A DNA stretch of 24,091 nt from the NCBI GenBank assembly GCA_051382295.1, contig JBBCAW010000035.1, positions 1 through 24,091 on the forward strand, written 5' to 3'. The first letter of the stretch is position 1. Each line of letters starts with the position of its first letter. Of the stretch, positions 18,875 to 24,091 are shown piece after piece. A program made the position numbers and the translations under genes. This DNA comes from Bdellovibrionota bacterium FG-1. GTDB taxonomy: Bacteria > Bdellovibrionota > UBA1018. The notes below the pieces were generated by a model, which was not told where the DNA came from, did not search any database, and was given only the letters and a program-made list of their open reading frames with translations.

Positions 18875-21800
18875 CTAAATTCCTCCGCTGGGCACTGCTA
18901 CGCAGGCGAGTCTGAGCGCCTGAATCGCGATAAAGGCCGCCGGTGCCTCGGCGATGTCGCGGCAACAGCTCACTTTCTTCCATACGACGAAAAGGTATCC
19001 CGTAAGTTTGCCGAGCATCCGTTGTTCCTCGCGAACGCCTTTCAAGGGTTCAAGCAGGCCAAGCGATTGTCCTTCCTTGAAGCAGGATGAACTCTGCGGA
19101 TAGAGCATCTGCCAGCTTTCACTCAGGTCGCCAGGAATGGTGTGCGTGATTTCAGCGCCCAAGCTCTTGAGTCTTGCCGCGATCATGAGTGCCGCCCCGG
19201 CCTGTGAAGCGCCGTGGTAGACACCATATCGGGGATAAAAAACGCCCCAACCGTTACAGGCTTCGCGCGGCGAAGGCGGATACTTCGGAAGCGGTAGCGG
19301 AAAACTGCACCCGCCTGAGTCCATACCGATCGAGGGCGTGGAGCCACCGCCCAAGACTCCCTCTGCCGCCCCCTTAAGAATGCAGGCCTTCGGAGAGAGC
19401 TGCCAAGCAAGAAAGCTGGGTTGAAGCAGATCGGCCTTGCCAGTTTTCCAGTCGCTGACGTCCTCGCTCATCATGTCAAAACACGGTTTGTCCATTCGGG
19501 CGCCACCGCAGGGCAACTCTGAGAATGTTTCCCCCGTCAGAGGCACCGCGATGGAGTGAGCATGAAAGCTGAATGTCGCGTTGTCATCTTCGGCGCCGAA
19601 GGGCAGGCCACCGGCGTGAAGTCCAAGTTGGAAAGCAGCCGGGTGCTGCTTGAAGAACGACTCGCTCGGGTTTGGCCAGACCTCAAGGAATGTCTGCGGA
19701 ACGTAATAGCTGATTTGGGCGCAAGGCCGAGGGATCGGCCAGCCGCACATGCACGCACCTACCTGAAAATCCAGGCACGATGAGAATTCGCCAGCCTTTA
19801 CCACCGAGCACACGTTCGGGAACAACAGCCCTGCGCGGCCTTCAGTAGCTCCGGCGAGAAAGCTGACTAACATCATTGCCACGCCAAAACGGAATCTACG
19901 GCGAGTCTTAGGCTTGTGGGGCGCGCGCCCGACTTCGGCGGCCTTTCGGAGGTCTTCCAACACCTTTCGGTGGGGCGTCCTGATGTCCGTGAGGTAGTGA
20001 GGCTTGAGAAAGAGCTTTTCGAATTGCGTTTCAAGGCCATCGAAAATCTGGGCGAATGCCTCGAATGCCCGTAGACGGGCGAATTCCCGCGCCGTGATCG
20101 GGAACTCTTGGATTGTATGGGTCGACACACCCTCGCTGATGCTCGATCTGCCGCCGTCAAAGCCGCCGAATAGGACATCGGTCTTGGCGTTTTGGGCGCT
20201 TTCGGAAAAATTATGAGAGCTTCGCTCGCGCTCGACCTGGCCGTGGGGCTCCTGAAAGAGCCGGACGGTCTTGGGGTCGGTCGTATTGCCAAAAACCCGG
20301 GTTCTGAAGTTCTGTAAAATTTCAGCCGTGGCCGAAGGACTGCGAATCGCGTTTTCGAGCGAGCTGACGCTTTGGGTGGCCGCGATCGTGATCGACTTCG
20401 ATTCGCGGGCCATCGCCAGAAAGCGATCGTCGCCCAATCCGGCGCCGCCGCCGCTGGTGGCGACATCCTGATATTCGTCCATGATCAAAAGCGCATGACG
20501 GGTAAAGGTTTGGGCCTCTGGCCCCCGGACACGGGCGAGAATGGCTTCTTGATAGAGGAGCTTGAGCAGCGTGCCGATGGAGCGCGCGAGCGCGTCGTTT
20601 TCAATATGAATACAGATCATCTTGCCCTCGCGAACCGCCCAGGTCATCGAGGGGAGATTGATTTCACTGCGTTCCGGCGAAAGTACGCGGGAGACTCGAT
20701 ATTCCAAAAATTCGTTGAGAAAACTCGTAGCGGTCGCAAGAATGCTGGTTCGGATTTTCTCGTCCATTTGGGTGAACTCCGAACGAAAATAGTTCGTCGC
20801 CATCTCTAAATTGCCGCGTTCTTCGGCATTCCATTTGTTTGCACTCTCGGGCGTGGCTAGGTAGCTCACCAGCTCCTCGACAATCTTTCCGTCACGCGCG
20901 TCCACCAGGGCGCGATACAGTTCCTTGAACGTGAAATAGTCATGTTTGGCCGCGCAATAAATCAGCGCGGTTTTGAGCAAATTGAAGCTGGATTGCTCCC
21001 AGAATCGGCTATCGGATGAGCTGCCGATAAAATTCATGGATGCCAGGCGCAGGCTGTTGGCGACCGCCGTAAAGTTGGACTCTACGAGCATCCCCTCACG
21101 CCAGATCGGGTTGAACCGAACCGTCGCGGCGCCGGATTCTAAAGAAACCCACAGGAGTCGATCCTTCATGCCCAGGCTCTCAATAATCCGTCGAAGCTCG
21201 CGGACGAAAGTGCGCTTCGGGTCAATCGCCAAGAGCGTCGGGCTTTCGCTGAAGTTCAGCAGGCACTGTTTGATCAGGCGGAGGAGCACCTGCGATTTAC
21301 CCCAGCCGATCGCGGCCGTGATAAGAATATTTCCGGTCATCCCCTTGAGACCCTGGCAGCGCCATTCGGTGGGCTTTCCGGCTGGTGGCGCCGGATCACC
21401 TGTGAGGCCACACTCATGAATAGCACCGAGGACGATGCCGTCCTGGATCTCGGGCGCCCGTGGCAGACGATTCTGCCATGGAAAGCTCAGGGAGCCGACG
21501 GTAACCCAGGTCGAGGCATGGCGGAGAATGAGTCCGAGACCAATCCCGGTTAAGAAAAAGCATACCGCGAGCCCCTGAATCCAAGCTGTAGTCGTGAGCG
21601 CGAACGGAAGCAGCCCGATCCTGACGAGTACAAACTGCCGCGCCAAGATCCACGCGGCAACCACCGCGCCAATGTTGAATCCGACAGCCGTCTTCCATGA
21701 CGGTCGTTCGGTCTTTTCCTGAACGCTTCGGCCTGTCTTCGAGCGCAACGCCATCTTTTTGAAATGTCGCTGTGCAAGAGTACCAACCCAAAGCACGTTA

Positions 21801-22000
21801 AACGCGAGGGAAGCCGCTGCAACACTGAGGGGCATCAGATTGAGGGTTCCAAAGCGGTTGAGCCGAAGGAGGAGTGCTTCGGTTTCACGAGGTGCCTTGA
21901 GCCAGAGAAAGAGCAGGCCGAAGCCAGCCGCAGCGAGCAGTGCGACGGAGAGAGGAACGTCGGGCTTGCGCGCGGCGGGGTTCAGGAAGTCGTTAGACAT
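18875..22000 (-). CDS. Type IV coupling protein (TraD/VirD4-like) fused to a C-terminal TraU-like domain, 1041 aa
   Basis: N-terminal TMs, AAIGWGKS, IDPK, FNPI, FWEQ, LIMDEYQ and ARESKSITIAATQS. After a hydrophobic segment come CMC...ISYYVP, GWGVFYPRYG, WQMLYP and VWKKVSCC. ATG at 22000 with GGAGG. Confidence 0.8.
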   Translation of the reverse strand: MSNDFLNPAARKPDVPLSVALLAAAGFGLLFLWLKAPRETEALLLRLNRFGTLNLMPLSVAAASLAFNVLWVGTLAQRHFKKMALRSKTGRSVQEKTERPSWKTAVGFNIGAVVAAWILARQFVLVRIGLLPFALTTTAWIQGLAVCFFLTGIGLGLILRHASTWVTVGSLSFPWQNRLPRAPEIQDGIVLGAIHECGLTGDPAPPAGKPTEWRCQGLKGMTGNILITAAIGWGKSQVLLRLIKQCLLNFSESPTLLAIDPKRTFVRELRRIIESLGMKDRLLWVSLESGAATVRFNPIWREGMLVESNFTAVANSLRLASMNFIGSSSDSRFWEQSSFNLLKTALIYCAAKHDYFTFKELYRALVDARDGKIVEELVSYLATPESANKWNAEERGNLEMATNYFRSEFTQMDEKIRTSILATATSFLNEFLEYRVSRVLSPERSEINLPSMTWAVREGKMICIHIENDALARSIGTLLKLLYQEAILARVRGPEAQTFTRHALLIMDEYQDVATSGGGAGLGDDRFLAMARESKSITIAATQSVSSLENAIRSPSATAEILQNFRTRVFGNTTDPKTVRLFQEPHGQVERERSSHNFSESAQNAKTDVLFGGFDGGRSSISEGVSTHTIQEFPITAREFARLRAFEAFAQIFDGLETQFEKLFLKPHYLTDIRTPHRKVLEDLRKAAEVGRAPHKPKTRRRFRFGVAMMLVSFLAGATEGRAGLLFPNVCSVVKAGEFSSCLDFQVGACMCGWPIPRPCAQISYYVPQTFLEVWPNPSESFFKQHPAAFQLGLHAGGLPFGAEDDNATFSFHAHSIAVPLTGETFSELPCGGARMDKPCFDMMSEDVSDWKTGKADLLQPSFLAWQLSPKACILKGAAEGVLGGGSTPSIGMDSGGCSFPLPLPKYPPSPREACNGWGVFYPRYGVYHGASQAGAALMIAARLKSLGAEITHTIPGDLSESWQMLYPQSSSCFKEGQSLGLLEPLKGVREEQRMLGKLTGYLFVVWKKVSCCRDIAEAPAAFIAIQALRLACVAVPSGGI

Positions 22001-22004
22001 TGGA

Positions 22005-22490
22005 TTAGGCCTCCGTTTCCATTGGGGGCGTTGGTTCGCCGAGAGCAATGGTTGCCTCATCCCACTCGTCAAATGCCGGTCCCGGCGGAACGTCGCGGGT
22101 CGGTAGTCCGAGGTTGTTCCATCCTTCGGCGGCTACCTTCAAGGTATGCAGGCGCTCGACCTTGCACACGTCAAAGGCCACGATCTCGACCGCCGACCGC
22201 TTTTCGCCTTCTTTCCCGGTGTAAGCTGACATCCGCAGCTCACCCTTGACCATGACAAGGTCACCTTTCTTGACGCTGCCAAGAATCTTTTCGGCGAGGC
22301 GTCCGAAGCTCGAAACCTGAAACCATTGCGTACTCTTCTGTACGAGTTTTCCGGTTTCTGGCTCGCTCCCCAGCACTGACTGCGCGATAGCGAATCCGAC
22401 GACGGGCTTGCCGTCGCGAGTTCGCGCTCGCGCGACGGGGTTGGCGCCGACGTTGCCCACGAGAGACACCTGATTGGTCAGCATGCTCAT
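22005..22490 (-). CDS. ssb: Single-stranded DNA-binding protein
   Basis: NQVSLVGNVG, TQWFQV, KKGDLVMVKGEL and EIVA OB-fold motifs. Confidence 0.92.
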   Translation of the reverse strand: MSMLTNQVSLVGNVGANPVARARTRDGKPVVGFAIAQSVLGSEPETGKLVQKSTQWFQVSSFGRLAEKILGSVKKGDLVMVKGELRMSAYTGKEGEKRSAVEIVAFDVCKVERLHTLKVAAEGWNNLGLPTRDVPPGPAFDEWDEATIALGEPTPPMETEA

Positions 22491-22654
22491 ATGCGAAAGC
22501 TCCCCCAGCGGCGGATGTCGAGCTGGATCTCTTCGCGGCGTTTTCGGGCGTTGTCTTGATAGCGGTTTCCCTCGCCGCCTTGCCAATCTGTCGGGGGCTG
22601 CTCCGATACCTGCTTTAACCAGTTACGAATCGCTCCAAACCATTTCTTCAGCAT
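22487..22654 (-). CDS. Small hypothetical protein, 55 aa (not in the ORF track)
   Basis: AGGAGG RBS, ATG at 22654, TGA overlapping the ssb ATG. Translation: MLKKWFGAIRNWLKQVSEQPPTDWQGGEGNRYQDNARKRREEIQLDIRRWGSFRI. Confidence 0.75.
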   Translation of the reverse strand: MLKKWFGAIRNWLKQVSEQPPTDWQGGEGNRYQDNARKRREEIQLDIRRWGSFRI

Positions 22655-22709
22655 AAGTCCTCCTGTTGTGCGTCCTGAGTCTCAGGCCGCGTGTTTGGAG
22701 AACCACTTA

Positions 22710-22724
22710 TGCAAGGGCGTGCCA
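22710..22724 (-). promoter_or_regulatory. Sigma54-like motif TGGCACGCCCTTGCA upstream of the ssb operon
   Basis: Identical to 11296-11310, in the same orientation relative to the downstream operon. Confidence 0.6.
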
Positions 22725-22788
22725 GCGGGGAGTGAAAAGTGTCGGGAAGGTATCTTGCGGAAAACGCTATGGTCTTGGTGTTTTGGAT

Positions 22789-22827
22789 AGTCTCAAGCGT
22801 GAGACTGAGTCTCGGGGAGTCTCATTC
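22789..22827. repeat. 39-bp GTCTCA box, copy 2
   Basis: Identical to 11375-11413, with the same 64-bp gap to the sigma54-like motif. Confidence 0.85.
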
Positions 22828-22874
22828 GAGAGGGGTGTTTCGCTAGGGGGAAGAAGGAGTGCTGAGATGAGATT

Positions 22875-23912
22875 TCATCCTGCGGCAGCGGCTGACAGCA
22901 ATGTTTTCAGACCTCTGCCGGTGAGATAATACGAAGCTCCCCACCATTCCTTCTGCATTTTTCCATTAGACCAATGATCCCACTGCTTGGTTTGTTGGAC
23001 TGTGGAAAATGCTTTAAGCAGATCCTTCTTTCCACGAGATGAAAGGAAACGGGTCTTGTACGGTTCCCGAGTGTCAAAAAACATTAAAACAGCTTTTCTC
23101 TTCTTGTGTGGGTGATAGGTCTTAAATTTTGCCAGATACACGCGAGAATTGCTGCGTACTTTAACGCCGTCGCCATTCTCAGACGCACGTATGATAATAA
23201 ATACCGGATTACGCGCATGAAGTGTGTCGGCGAACTTCCCTAGCTTTTTTTCGAAGGCCTTATCGTATAATGCCGTGTCCTCCATGAAGTCGTCAGAACC
23301 CTGTCGTCGTTGAAATTCCTTCATTACAACAGGCTGACCTTCGACAACAAGACGCTCTTTTTTTGGCTGAATGTCCGAAAATTCTGTGTACAGACAGAAT
23401 ACATAATCATCAGGATGTTTCAAAATGTCGGACAATTCGACCGCCTGCTTTCGGTGGCTGCCAATGGCCCCATTTGCTGGCGTGTCTTTGCGGGGACCGC
23501 TCCCGTGTCCTGAATGCACAATGGCTCGCCACCATGCAATCTTTTTCTTCAGTTCGGCACTGCTAATGCTCTGTGATTGCTTCTCTTTAGTTTTGCACCA
23601 TTGCCTAATTTTTCGGTAGGCAGGTTCATCTGGAGAAATAAACACGGCTGCTTCGATCAGGGCGGCTGGAACGCCCTCGTATAACTCCAGGCCGTTGGTG
23701 GACAAGTTCGCAGAGCCCACTATTGCGCCACGCGATGAGCAATAGACCTTTGCATGCAGATTTTTAATCTTGCGGACTCGAAAATGCTTTTTCTTAAGGG
23801 TTAGAATTTCCTCAGGGTTTGTACCCATTGAATCAAAATTGCAAAGTAGCGTGACCTTGTGTTTCGGCAGGGCCTTGCTTGCTGAGCGTCCAATATATGC
23901 GACGGCAGCCAA
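22875..23912 (-). CDS. Phospholipase D-family (NgoFVII-like) nuclease-domain protein; start uncertain
   Basis: AVAYIG and LHAKVY...IVGSANLSTNGL...EAAV. The frame stays open to 24056 with no further ATG/GTG/TTG. Confidence 0.72.
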   Translation of the reverse strand: MAAVAYIGRSASKALPKHKVTLLCNFDSMGTNPEEILTLKKKHFRVRKIKNLHAKVYCSSRGAIVGSANLSTNGLELYEGVPAALIEAAVFISPDEPAYRKIRQWCKTKEKQSQSISSAELKKKIAWWRAIVHSGHGSGPRKDTPANGAIGSHRKQAVELSDILKHPDDYVFCLYTEFSDIQPKKERLVVEGQPVVMKEFQRRQGSDDFMEDTALYDKAFEKKLGKFADTLHARNPVFIIIRASENGDGVKVRSNSRVYLAKFKTYHPHKKRKAVLMFFDTREPYKTRFLSSRGKKDLLKAFSTVQQTKQWDHWSNGKMQKEWWGASYYLTGRGLKTLLSAAAAG

Positions 23913-24091
23913 GCCGCCGTTTTCGAGTAAGTGCCTTACCCGTTTTGTAATCTGACCAGACGTTAGGGGCCGCCCAACAATAACTTCACATTTTTTGAGG
24001 ACGGATGGTGTAGTTCCATTTGGGTAAATTTGGATGGAGGTCCATGCGCAGGGCTTTCATTTCTGAATCCGCGATCTTGACACCCTTGGGG

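Noticed and set aside
22491..22586. Longer Arg-rich N-terminus for ssb (TTG 22586)
   Set aside because: The OB fold starts at ATG 22490, and the region is better explained by the 55-aa ORF in another frame.

Overview
Accessory region dominated by a divergent F-type (MPF-F-like) type IV secretion/conjugation module, encoded on the minus strand in two operons. Operon A (11231->3074) reads traA(pilin)-L-E-K-B-V-C-H-like. Operon B (22654->16933) reads 55-aa ORF, ssb, a 1041-aa coupling-protein::TraU fusion, a PilB/GspE-type ATPase and a traF-like thioredoxin. Both operons are preceded by the same regulatory cassette at identical spacing: a sigma54-like 15-mer, a 39-bp GTCTCA-repeat box and a downstream GTCTCA. 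Between the operons lies a PAS-PAS hybrid histidine kinase that carries a (GAAAAC)14 microsatellite and is split by a complete IS21-family element (12160-14857, 6-bp target duplication). The left end holds a RIT element (three tyrosine recombinases) whose probable right end overlaps the 3' end of traH. The right end holds a PLD-family nuclease-like gene. No relaxase, oriT, traG, traN or traW was recognised in the window. All protein calls come from motif recognition and gene order; no database search was run.
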